32,000 nucleotides of DNA from Candidatus Heimdallarchaeota archaeon (GCA_030149205.1 JASBSB010000003.1:1-32000); one strand, 5' to 3'. Counted from the stretch's first letter, positions 8,512 to 17,206 are shown. The notes: generated by a model from the letters alone, not told the origin. Made by a program: numbers and translations.

Positions 8512-9304
8512 CTTTTTTGAGTGTTGATGGATGAAGAGCAGTTTTTGTGCCAAACCAACTTAAATAAGAGCCATCAACCAGCTTACATCTCTCAGGTGAT
8601 AATCGGAGATACCTACTCAAAAAATCTCTGTCAACCTCTTTAAATTTATACGGTTCATCTGGAAGTATAACCCAATTTGGAATACATTTTTTGACCTCCT
8701 CAAGTGAAACCTCAGGATACTGTTTATCAGTTTGTACGATATTGCTCAACCCAACAGAGAACAGTATACTCGAAATATACGTATGTTTAGAAATTGACAT
8801 CCAAGGATTTTTCCAGATAGGACAAAACACTGACCAAACAGGTTCATCTTTTATTTCTTTTAATAATTTGACGTTTCTCAGATATTTTGCAATTATTGGG
8901 GTTATATCTAACTCAAACAATTTAATTAAATTCTTTAACATCTTATAATTATCATTAATCGTAGTGACCTTTGTACCATAGATTGGAAAACTATCCTTTA
9001 ACTTGTAGAAATCTTCAATTCTGTTTTCTTCCACATTCATCAAAATGAGGTCTGGTTGTAAATCTGCTATTTTTTGAATATTTGGATTTTTTGTCCCACC
9101 AACAATTACTCTTGGTTTATCTCTTGCATTTTTTGGTTGGTTACAAAATTTAGTAACTCCAACCAAGCTATTACCTAGACCTAAATCAAAAAGAGTCTTT
9201 GTCAATGAGGGTACTAGAGAAACCACGCGAGAGTATTTACTATGAGCCCTATTATTGATTGCATTATTATTCAATACTATTCGAATATAGTATACAATCC
9301 ACAA
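8474..9304 (-). CDS. Helical-backbone metal receptor (BtuF/cobalamin-binding-like)
   Basis: RVVSLVPSLTKTLFDLG, LVGVTKFC, VGGTKNPN and PDLILMNVEEN are typical of this family; also VILPDEPYKF and VDGSYLSWFG. Start codon uncertain. Confidence 0.8.
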   Translation of the reverse strand: MWIVYYIRIVLNNNAINNRAHSKYSRVVSLVPSLTKTLFDLGLGNSLVGVTKFCNQPKNARDKPRVIVGGTKNPNIQKIADLQPDLILMNVEENRIEDFYKLKDSFPIYGTKVTTINDNYKMLKNLIKLFELDITPIIAKYLRNVKLLKEIKDEPVWSVFCPIWKNPWMSISKHTYISSILFSVGLSNIVQTDKQYPEVSLEEVKKCIPNWVILPDEPYKFKEVDRDFLSRYLRLSPERCKLVDGSYLSWFGTKTALHPSTLKKAILDQPLVNPSQ

Positions 9305-9350
9305 AAATCTTTCGAGACCCGATAATATTATAGGTCAGGCAAATAATGAA

Positions 9351-10085
9351 TTATGATTTTTTCGACAGGTTAATTTCTTCTTTATACATTTTTGCGGCCT
9401 TTCCAGGGTCATTAGAGTTTTGAATTGCTCTAGTGACAGAGTACATGACTCTTGACCCAAATATTTTTGCAAGTAACGATGGTGCCCCACCCTGAGCCCC
9501 TAGTCCTGGAGCCAACACAAATTGATTATCCAATTTTCCTTGAGCCTCATTTAGTATATCTTCAGTTATGAAATTGGTTGTCCCTATAACAACCCCATCT
9601 GCGAACTTACTACAGCTTTCTAGGAAATATCGATAAATTGGATAGTTTGGATTAAATTGATACTGAAATTCTGGATTAGACATAAACAACAAAGCTATTA
9701 TGCCAATACCAAGAGACTGTCCATATTCAAATGATTGTTGAAGATTTCCTGGATATCCAGAGACAGTAATTAAATCAAACCCTTCCTTTTTCACAGATGT
9801 AAGGGCTGCTTCATTAGAAGATCCAATATCTGAAAGTTTGTGATCAATGATAGCAATCCTGTCAAATTCATGAATTAACCTTGTTATACTCTGAATTTGC
9901 TCAAGGGTTGCTCCGAGAAAGAACTGCCGGTTGAGTTTAAAAGCTACGGCATACTCATAGGTCTCTTTAATCAGGTTGTGTGTTCTCTTTATTCTCTCTT
10001 CAATTGATCCTTTGTTTGGGTCACTCCCAACACAAAGTTGAGTGTTGAGTTCCTCAATTTTATCGATAACGGTTTTAGAGTTCAC
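9351..10085 (-). CDS. pyrF: Orotidine-5'-phosphate decarboxylase (LCVGxDP subfamily)
   Basis: LCVGSDP, FKLN, catalytic DHKLSDIG (DxKxxD), PGLGAQGG and TRAI; GTG start. Confidence 0.92.
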   Translation of the reverse strand: MNSKTVIDKIEELNTQLCVGSDPNKGSIEERIKRTHNLIKETYEYAVAFKLNRQFFLGATLEQIQSITRLIHEFDRIAIIDHKLSDIGSSNEAALTSVKKEGFDLITVSGYPGNLQQSFEYGQSLGIGIIALLFMSNPEFQYQFNPNYPIYRYFLESCSKFADGVVIGTTNFITEDILNEAQGKLDNQFVLAPGLGAQGGAPSLLAKIFGSRVMYSVTRAIQNSNDPGKAAKMYKEEINLSKKS

Positions 10086-10163
10086 TACTGATTACCATAT
10101 TTAAAATTTTTAATCACTTCGATGTCCATCTAAACCTTAATGTAATTTTACACAACCAGCAGA

Positions 10164-10781
10164 TTGATGGATGAAAGAGAGCTTGTTATTGAGTTATTAA
10201 AGCATGAGATACTCCTCATCGGAGATTTCACACTTAAATCTGGACTTAAAAGCCCTTATTATCTTGATCTAAGATTGATACCATCCTATCCAAAGTTATT
10301 TCAAGAAGTAGTGTCACTCTTAGCTCAAAAGATTCAGAAAACAACAACAAATCTAAAGGGTATTGCTGGAATCATAACCGCGGGGATTCCTTTTGCCACT
10401 GGAGTCTGTCTTAAGCTACAGCTACCTTTACTCCAGGTGCGATCTGAGGTAAAAGATCATGGTACCAAGAAACTCGTTGAGGGAGTGCTCCCAAATGATG
10501 ATGGTGAGGTGTGTTTGTTAGATGATGTTATCACAACTGGTCTGAGCAAACATAATGCAATAGCATTCTTCAGAGACCAGAAGATCCCTGTAAAATATCT
10601 TTTCGTTGTAGTTGACAGATCGGATAAGAGTATGGACCTGGAAAAAGAGCTTGGTATAAAAATACATTCCTTACTTAATAAAAAGACTATACTGGAGGTT
10701 CTCAATTCACTGACAAAGGCAGATATCCCATCTCACTTTCTCGATAAAATAAAGACATTTCTTTCAGAACCATTAACCTGA
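10164..10781 (+). CDS. pyrE: Orotate phosphoribosyltransferase
   Basis: GDFTLKSGLKSPYYLDLR, RSEVKDHGT and PRPP-binding LLDDVITTG. The ATG at 10167 is an equally plausible start. Confidence 0.95.
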   Translation: MMDERELVIELLKHEILLIGDFTLKSGLKSPYYLDLRLIPSYPKLFQEVVSLLAQKIQKTTTNLKGIAGIITAGIPFATGVCLKLQLPLLQVRSEVKDHGTKKLVEGVLPNDDGEVCLLDDVITTGLSKHNAIAFFRDQKIPVKYLFVVVDRSDKSMDLEKELGIKIHSLLNKKTILEVLNSLTKADIPSHFLDKIKTFLSEPLT

Positions 10782-10806
10782 GATAAAATAAATAACTTAT
10801 CAATTA

Positions 10807-10822
10807 TTCCACTTGTGTGGAA
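10807..10822. terminator. Short hairpin between convergent pyrE and pyrC, possible terminator or binding site
   Basis: TTCCAC-TTGT-GTGGAA followed by an A-run (a T-run on the minus strand). Confidence 0.25.
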
Positions 10823-10893
10823 AAAATATATATACTGTAAAAAACCAATATGATTCAGTCCATCTTCAACTTGTGTCAATTGTCTATCAAATG

Positions 10894-11991
10894 TTATTTT
10901 AAGCTAACAGATAGAATTTTACCTTTCAATTTTAAATTGCTCCACAGTGACCATCCACACTTACTTTTAATTTCATCTCCTTTAAATGTCGTGAACTTTT
11001 CAGTATCTACAATAATTTCTCCTTTTGGTGGTGTTATTTTAACTTTTGAAAGCAGTTTTCTAGGATTATCTGAAATCATGTTTGTCAGAATTTTTTTTCG
11101 TAATTCTCCCCCTAAATGCTGATCAATAAGAAATGGATACAGTTCCTGAACTCCTGGAGCGCCAGAAATGGCATTTTTTTTGTCTTGAAGAGTGTGAGGC
11201 GCATGGTCACTGGAAACAATAGGTATTTTACCTTCTTTGAACAAGTCAGTTAGTAACTCTCGCTCTGATGGAACACGCAATGGGGGATTCATCACTCCGA
11301 GATTTTGGAACTCTGAAAGATCATTTTCTGAAAACTGTAGATACTTATGAAGAACATCCCATGTAACCTTTTGTTGGCCTCCCATAATTTCTGCAGATGA
11401 TCCCGCAGAAACATGAGTGATATGAAAATTCAGGTTAAATTCATCTTTAAGTTCCAAAACCTCATTAATAGCATTTATTTCTGCCTGAAGTGGTCGGTTT
11501 GCTGAATGATTTCGCCAGTCCAGAGTCTTTCTTATCAAATTATGATCTTCTGCGTGAAACATTACAATAAACTGTTCATTGCATGATTCTAAGGTCTCTA
11601 AACCAATTCTTAGATTCTTTTTTGAGATCATTAGGTCTCCTGTGGAATTTGCCATAAAGACCTTAAATATTTTTGTCTCTTTACTCAATTCTCTAAGCAA
11701 AGCAGGATTTTGGGTGTTCTTCTCTGTCAAACCCCCGACTAAATAGGTTTTCACCTTTATTGAATCCTTAGCGAGTATCACGTCACTTTTTGAATTCAAT
11801 TCCTGTTTTTGTTTAAATGATGCAATTGAGTCCATGACTGGAATTGTGTTTGGCATCTCAAGAGTTGTGGTTATTCCACCATGAAAGGCAGCAGTTTTGC
11901 CTGTGACGAAGGTTTCTTTCGCTGTTAATCCTGGCTGTCTAAAATGTACATGAATATCAATTCCAGATGGTAAAACTAGGTGAGAACTCAA
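10894..11991 (-). CDS. pyrC: Dihydroorotase
   Basis: DIHVHFRQPG, GGITTTLEMPNT, FKVFM (candidate carbamylated Lys), FHAED, HITHVS, MNPPLR and SDHAPH; TTG start with GAGG just upstream. Confidence 0.92.
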   Translation of the reverse strand: MSSHLVLPSGIDIHVHFRQPGLTAKETFVTGKTAAFHGGITTTLEMPNTIPVMDSIASFKQKQELNSKSDVILAKDSIKVKTYLVGGLTEKNTQNPALLRELSKETKIFKVFMANSTGDLMISKKNLRIGLETLESCNEQFIVMFHAEDHNLIRKTLDWRNHSANRPLQAEINAINEVLELKDEFNLNFHITHVSAGSSAEIMGGQQKVTWDVLHKYLQFSENDLSEFQNLGVMNPPLRVPSERELLTDLFKEGKIPIVSSDHAPHTLQDKKNAISGAPGVQELYPFLIDQHLGGELRKKILTNMISDNPRKLLSKVKITPPKGEIIVDTEKFTTFKGDEIKSKCGWSLWSNLKLKGKILSVSLK

Positions 11992-12031
11992 TCTAACCTC
12001 ATCTTATAAATAATTATATTTGTAGAGTTTG

Positions 12032-14035
12032 CTAGTTTTCTGAATTAATCCCTAAGTTTCTAAGAAATGCTTTGTTATTGGGCTCTCTTCCCAAGAATTT
12101 TTCAAGAAGTTCCTCTTCATCAAATTCATTCCCAGGTTCTAGTATAAATTTTCTATAATCGTGACCTACAGCTGGATTATCAGGGGATGTATCTTCAAAT
12201 CTAGTGTACATATCTTGAGCAAAGACTTTACTCCACATATAACCATAATACCCAGCATCATATCCACCCATTAGATGACCAAATGCAGCAGCACCATTTG
12301 CACCTTCCAATTCTGGAATCAAAGTCACCTGTCTTTTAAGTTCTCTCCAAGTTTTTCCGGTGTCCTCAATTTTCTCTGTATGAATCTTCATATCAAACAA
12401 TCCAAAGAAAATTTGCCTTAAATTACCTAAACCTGTCAACGAATGTCGGGCTTTGATCATTTTTGTGATCAATTCGTCAGGCAAGGGATCACCAGTATCT
12501 TTATGCTTAGAAATTCTCTTCAACACAGATGGTTCCCAAATCCAGTTTTCTAGCATTTGTGAAGGAGCCTCTACAAAGTCCCTAGCAACTGATGTCCCGG
12601 AAAATTCAACATATTTTGATTGTGAGGTGGTTTGATGAATGATATGACCAAATTCATGAAACAGGGTTATTACCTGTCCATGAGTTAATAAGGATGGAGC
12701 ATCTTCTGTAGGTTTATTAAAATTACATACCATTGCTGAAGCGGTGGGAACTCTTTTTTGGTCTTCATATCTCTCACGAAGCAACGTAAAAGCTGCAGCA
12801 TGGTTGTATTTCCCTTCGCGGGGGAACAGGTCTAAAAAGAACACCCCTAAAAATTCACCGCTATCCTTGTCTACAATACTATAGGAGATTACATCTTGAT
12901 GCCAGGTTTCGATATTCTCGATTTGTTTAAAATTAAAGCCAAGAACTTGCTGATAAAACTCTAACATTTGATCAACTACGTAAGTAACAGGAAAATATCC
13001 CTTTATCACTTCTGGATCCAAGTCATAATTTCGTTCGTTGTATATTCTTGAATAATATCCTTGTTCGTATGACTGAATCTCAAGATCTGTATCTACTCCT
13101 TTTTCTTCTTTTTTGAGTGCCTTTAAAGCATCTAACTCCTTTTCTCCCAAAGGTCTAAGCTTGTTTCGTAAATCTTTTAGAAAGTCCATCACATTATTTG
13201 GATTTTTAGCCATATTGACCTCTTGAACAAATGCAGCATGATTTGGATACCCCATAAGCTCTGCCATCTTCCATCTGTTTTGAAGTGTCTTTTCTAATCT
13301 TTCAACGTTTCCCTGTGCCATTCCTCTCTTTGCATATTCCTCATATAATCTTTTTCTGGTTGTAGTATTTTTTGCGTATTGGAATATTGGACCGACCTCA
13401 GGGTAAGATAGTCCCACCAAATAATTACCATCTTCATCCTTTTGATATAATGATTTTGCGGTGTCTGGAACTCCATCTATTTCGGACTCTGAAAAGGTCA
13501 ATTTCACATCTATGTTATACAGAGCTTGACTGTATTCAACTGACATTTTGACGTTTTCCTCTTTGAGCTTTTTAAGTTGATCTCTGATATCCTCAGATAA
13601 ATCTAATCCAGACCTTCTTAGGTCTCTTATGACCCTGTCTAGTAATCGCAATTGAAGCCTGTCTAACTTTGGATTACTGTTCTTGTAAACCATTAATTTG
13701 TCATAAAGTTTCTTGTTCAGATAGAGAGAGATATAATATTGACGTAGTTCTTGATTTGCTTGGGCTGATGCATCTCTTAATGCTTTATCCTCTGCCACAT
13801 AAGCTAAAAATCCTGATGACGCAGTGTTGTCACTTGCCATTGCTGATAACCTCTCCAACTCTAATACCGTATTTGAGAAGGTTAGCTTAGAATCATCGGT
13901 TTGTAATATCCCCTCTATGATTTTATCACCTTCTTTTATCGTATCCTCTGTAATTTTTTTTACGTCCTCAGGTGATAAATCCCATCGAAGTTTACTTCTA
14001 ATTGGTTGTAAATTATCTTCTAACTTACTTTCCAT
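12032..14035 (-). CDS. M3A metallopeptidase, thimet oligopeptidase/neurolysin-like
   Basis: Zinc motif HEFGH, DFVEAPSQMLENW, LDLFPREGKYNHAA and GYDAGYYGYMWSKVFA; 667 aa; no signal peptide. Confidence 0.95.
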   Translation of the reverse strand: MESKLEDNLQPIRSKLRWDLSPEDVKKITEDTIKEGDKIIEGILQTDDSKLTFSNTVLELERLSAMASDNTASSGFLAYVAEDKALRDASAQANQELRQYYISLYLNKKLYDKLMVYKNSNPKLDRLQLRLLDRVIRDLRRSGLDLSEDIRDQLKKLKEENVKMSVEYSQALYNIDVKLTFSESEIDGVPDTAKSLYQKDEDGNYLVGLSYPEVGPIFQYAKNTTTRKRLYEEYAKRGMAQGNVERLEKTLQNRWKMAELMGYPNHAAFVQEVNMAKNPNNVMDFLKDLRNKLRPLGEKELDALKALKKEEKGVDTDLEIQSYEQGYYSRIYNERNYDLDPEVIKGYFPVTYVVDQMLEFYQQVLGFNFKQIENIETWHQDVISYSIVDKDSGEFLGVFFLDLFPREGKYNHAAAFTLLRERYEDQKRVPTASAMVCNFNKPTEDAPSLLTHGQVITLFHEFGHIIHQTTSQSKYVEFSGTSVARDFVEAPSQMLENWIWEPSVLKRISKHKDTGDPLPDELITKMIKARHSLTGLGNLRQIFFGLFDMKIHTEKIEDTGKTWRELKRQVTLIPELEGANGAAAFGHLMGGYDAGYYGYMWSKVFAQDMYTRFEDTSPDNPAVGHDYRKFILEPGNEFDEEELLEKFLGREPNNKAFLRNLGINSEN

Positions 14036-14096
14036 TATTTAGTATCTTCCTAGAATTTAAAAAAGTACTGAAAAGGCGAATGTTAGAATTAGATAT

Positions 14097-14630
14097 TTAA
14101 AGTTGAGATTTTGATATTTCTTTAACCAATGTAGTAAACACATCATTAATTCTTGACCCCATGACAGCAGAGGTTTCAATATAGTGACAAGGAACCTGAA
14201 GCTCTGAAGATATCTGCTGTCTTAGTTGTAATGCGACTGTTGGTAGCACAATTCTCTTACTTTCAAGGTCTGATTTGTTGCCAACCAATAGAATTGGAGA
14301 GTATAATTCTTGAAGTCTAATTTCTTCTATCCATGTTTCCAGTTTTCTGAATGAATCTAAATTTGTAATATCGTACACCAAAATTATTCCCTTTGTCCCC
14401 TTGTAATAGAGGTCCCTAATAGATTGAAAGGTGTTATGACCAGCAAGATCCCAAATTTGTAGTTCATAGTTACCAAATGGTTTAACATCAAAGTCAGCCC
14501 CAATTGTTGGGTTATATGAGATAGAAAAGGTTTCATTTATGAACCTCTTACGAATACTTGTTTTACCAACAAATTTGTCTCCTAAGAGGATGATTTTGAA
14601 GAGTTCTTTAGAAGAGGAGGATGCAGTCAC
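14097..14630 (-). CDS. Rab-like small GTPase (Ras superfamily)
   Basis: G1 GDKFVGKT, G2 TIGADF, G3 WDLAGH, G4 GNKSD and G5 ETSA; RabF-like segments IGADF, ELQIW, YYKGT and LVYDIT; GTG start; no C-terminal Cys. Confidence 0.95.
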   Translation of the reverse strand: MTASSSSKELFKIILLGDKFVGKTSIRKRFINETFSISYNPTIGADFDVKPFGNYELQIWDLAGHNTFQSIRDLYYKGTKGIILVYDITNLDSFRKLETWIEEIRLQELYSPILLVGNKSDLESKRIVLPTVALQLRQQISSELQVPCHYIETSAVMGSRINDVFTTLVKEISKSQL

Positions 14631-14657
14631 TGTACTCGTTTACTTTAGCATACATCC

Positions 14658-14665
14658 TTTATAAA
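14658..14665 (-). promoter_or_regulatory. Archaeal TATA box for the Rab-like gene
   Basis: TTTATAAA ending 27 nt upstream of the GTG start, which implies a very short or absent 5' UTR. Confidence 0.5.
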
Positions 14666-14943
14666 TATTATTAGCTTGACATGTTACTTATTCTTAAAAA
14701 ATTGGAAGGATTCACATTATTTTAATGGATTTTTGACAAATTTACAAAAATTTAATTATCGATAAATTAATTTTAATTTAGTGTACACAAAGAACAAAAA
14801 ATCTCTGTTCTTATCGTTTTATTCATTAGTTTTGGTGACTGAATTAGTTGTTTTCCATATTGATAATTAAATTTTGTAAAGAAAAAAGGATTACAACTAC
14901 ACTTAACTCTTAAAGTTTTTTAATAGAATGGTGAATTTAACGT

Positions 14944-15708
14944 ATGAGTTGGACTAGAGAGATTACAGTCGATTTATGGCGGACCTCAACACATAGTGTG
15001 AACATTGGTATAAACAAACAAGAGCAGTTAATGTCAAAATCTCGACAATTTACCAAAGATACTGAGATTATAGGTGAGATATCTGAGAAGGGTGAAACTA
15101 CAGGATACGTAACTTATCGAAAAGATCAGTGGGATTCCAGTGAAGAAAAGCGGTTAGTTATAAAGATTTTTTCCGATTCTATAGGTTGGAAATCATCTAT
15201 GGAAGAGTTACATGCTCGAGAATTATCACAGAGTTTTTCGATAAACGAGGCTCTACCAATGTTTTCTACAAATATAAATAGGCTTGATTACTTGTTATTA
15301 ATTGAAAAAGTTCATCTTGGAGTTAGTTTCAATCAAGAGAAATATGTCTGTTTCTTGATCGATGACAAAACTGGGGAAGGAATGCCCATTCAGTTGGTTT
15401 CTGAAAGGATTTCAATAGGAGGTGACTGGTATGTCCTGGATCACCATGGAAACAAAATTGCAGAGATAGATGGAAAAAGCTTCAATATTGGCGGGAAATA
15501 TGTGATTAGGATGATTGACAACCTAGGTGTCTTTGAAAGAGAGTTAGTGGAAATTCTTGTGTTATTTGCCACATATTTAAAATTTAAAGATGAAGTGGAG
15601 AAGGATATAATGGAGAAGATCAAGCAACTAAGGCAATCAGAGGGAAATATCAAGGTGGATCCTGATGAATTAGCGCTTTATAGAAACCCTCGACGCATAA
15701 AAGTCTAA
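14944..15708 (+). CDS. Tubby C-terminal-like / LURP-one / scramblase-fold protein
   Basis: Beta-strand-rich soluble protein. IQLVSERISIGGDWYVLDHHGNKIAEIDGKSFNIGGKYVIRM fits the LURP-one repeat pattern and is followed by a hydrophobic helix (ELVEILVLFATYL), as in the barrel-filling helix of this fold. Confidence 0.55.
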   Translation: MSWTREITVDLWRTSTHSVNIGINKQEQLMSKSRQFTKDTEIIGEISEKGETTGYVTYRKDQWDSSEEKRLVIKIFSDSIGWKSSMEELHARELSQSFSINEALPMFSTNINRLDYLLLIEKVHLGVSFNQEKYVCFLIDDKTGEGMPIQLVSERISIGGDWYVLDHHGNKIAEIDGKSFNIGGKYVIRMIDNLGVFERELVEILVLFATYLKFKDEVEKDIMEKIKQLRQSEGNIKVDPDELALYRNPRRIKV

Positions 15709-15777
15709 TTCAAATTCAAAATTCGATTCTTTGGATGACTTTTTAACCAGACCTTTCGATATTTGATATAGATTGTT

Positions 15778-16683
15778 ATGGAACATCTTGTATCTATAAG
15801 AGATATTACAAAAGATGAAATTGAGAAATTAATCAATCAAGCACTTCGGATTGAAAAAAATCCTAGTGAATTTGTTGGGAGACTAAAAGGTAAAATCCTT
15901 GCCACTCTGTTTTATGAGCCAAGTACCAGAACTCGACTCTCCTTCGAATCTGCGATGTTAAGGTTAGGAGGTAATGTTCTTGGGTTTGCTGACGCAAAAA
16001 TTAGCTCAGTTAAAAAGGGGGAATCTATCGCAGATACAATTCGTATGGCTGCATCCTATAGTGACATCATAGTTCTAAGACATTTTCTTGAGGGAAGTGG
16101 CAGAGTTGCAACCGAATTTAGTGATGTACCTGTCATAAGTGGTGGAACAGGAATTCAAGAACACCCCTCACAAGCCCTGTTAGATGTGTACACTATCTAC
16201 AAGCATTTTGGGAGGCTTTCTAATCTCAAAGTAGGATTAGTCGGAGATTTAAGATATGGTCGAACAATTCCTTCTCTGTTATACACACTCGCAAAATTTG
16301 ATAATAATGTTGTATATCTATTCTCTCCGCGTGAGCTAAGAGTGAGAATGAGTGTAATGAATGACATTCAAAACAAACTTGAGGTTCATATTGGTGAAGA
16401 CCTCGATAAACATATCGACAAGCTGGATTTAATATATGTTACAAGAGTTCAAAAGGAAAGATTTCCAGATGAGGCAAGTTATGAGCGTGTTAAAGATTTC
16501 TATGTGATCGATAAGGACACGGTTTCTAAGGCAAAGGATGACTTTATAATCTTACATCCACTTCCAAGAGTCAATGAGATAGCTTATGAGGTGGATAAAA
16601 CACCTTATGCAAAATATTTTGAGCAGGCGAAAAACGGAGTCTGGATGAGAATGGCTCTTCTTTTGACCTTGTTGGAGGAATAG
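15778..16683 (+). CDS. pyrB: Aspartate carbamoyltransferase catalytic subunit
   Basis: FYEPSTRTRLSFE, KKGES, HPSQALLD, GDLRYGRT, TRVQKER and HPLPR. Confidence 0.98.
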   Translation: MEHLVSIRDITKDEIEKLINQALRIEKNPSEFVGRLKGKILATLFYEPSTRTRLSFESAMLRLGGNVLGFADAKISSVKKGESIADTIRMAASYSDIIVLRHFLEGSGRVATEFSDVPVISGGTGIQEHPSQALLDVYTIYKHFGRLSNLKVGLVGDLRYGRTIPSLLYTLAKFDNNVVYLFSPRELRVRMSVMNDIQNKLEVHIGEDLDKHIDKLDLIYVTRVQKERFPDEASYERVKDFYVIDKDTVSKAKDDFIILHPLPRVNEIAYEVDKTPYAKYFEQAKNGVWMRMALLLTLLEE

Positions 16684-16685
16684 TT

Positions 16686-17150
16686 ATGAAGACAAATGAG
16701 ATGTTAGTTTCAAAAATTAAAGAGGGAACAGTTATTGACAGAATTCCTGCTGGAAAGGCATTGAAATGTGTCAGTCTACTAAAAGTCGAAGAAGACCCTA
16801 AAACTATAATTACTATCGGAATGAGGGTACATTCAGATAAAGTAGGTATGAAAGATATTGTCAAAATTCATGGGAGATTTTTAACCGAAAATGAAAAAGA
16901 TGCACTTGCACTGTTTATCCCTGGGACAATGATTAGTTATATTGAAGATTACAATGTTTCGAAGAAAGAGTATTTAGAGACCCCTGATGAGGTCACTGAT
17001 GTTTTAGTTTGTAACAACCCCACATGTGCAACAAATTATAGAGAACCAGTAGTTACCAAATTTACAATTATGCAGAAAGAACCCATACTTGCAAGGTGTT
17101 TGTACTGTGACCGTGTAATGTTAGAAAAAAACATAATGGATCAGTTTTGA
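16686..17150 (+). CDS. pyrI: Aspartate carbamoyltransferase regulatory subunit
   Basis: GTVID(R)IPAG, KDIVKI and Zn ligands CNNPTC and CLYC; starts 2 nt after the pyrB stop. Confidence 0.96.
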   Translation: MKTNEMLVSKIKEGTVIDRIPAGKALKCVSLLKVEEDPKTIITIGMRVHSDKVGMKDIVKIHGRFLTENEKDALALFIPGTMISYIEDYNVSKKEYLETPDEVTDVLVCNNPTCATNYREPVVTKFTIMQKEPILARCLYCDRVMLEKNIMDQF

Positions 17151-17206
17151 TATAGTTGTCCGCTTAGATGAGGAAATTAATTAATACAGGATATTAGATT
17201 TGAGTT

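Noticed and set aside
9351-10781. Split or frameshifted eukaryote-type bifunctional UMP synthase
   Set aside because: pyrF and pyrE are on opposite strands, divergent, and each is complete.
15778-16683. Possible ornithine carbamoyltransferase partnering the ArcE-like gene
   Set aside because: HPLPR, TRVQKER and the adjacent pyrI identify ATCase; OTC would have HCLP.
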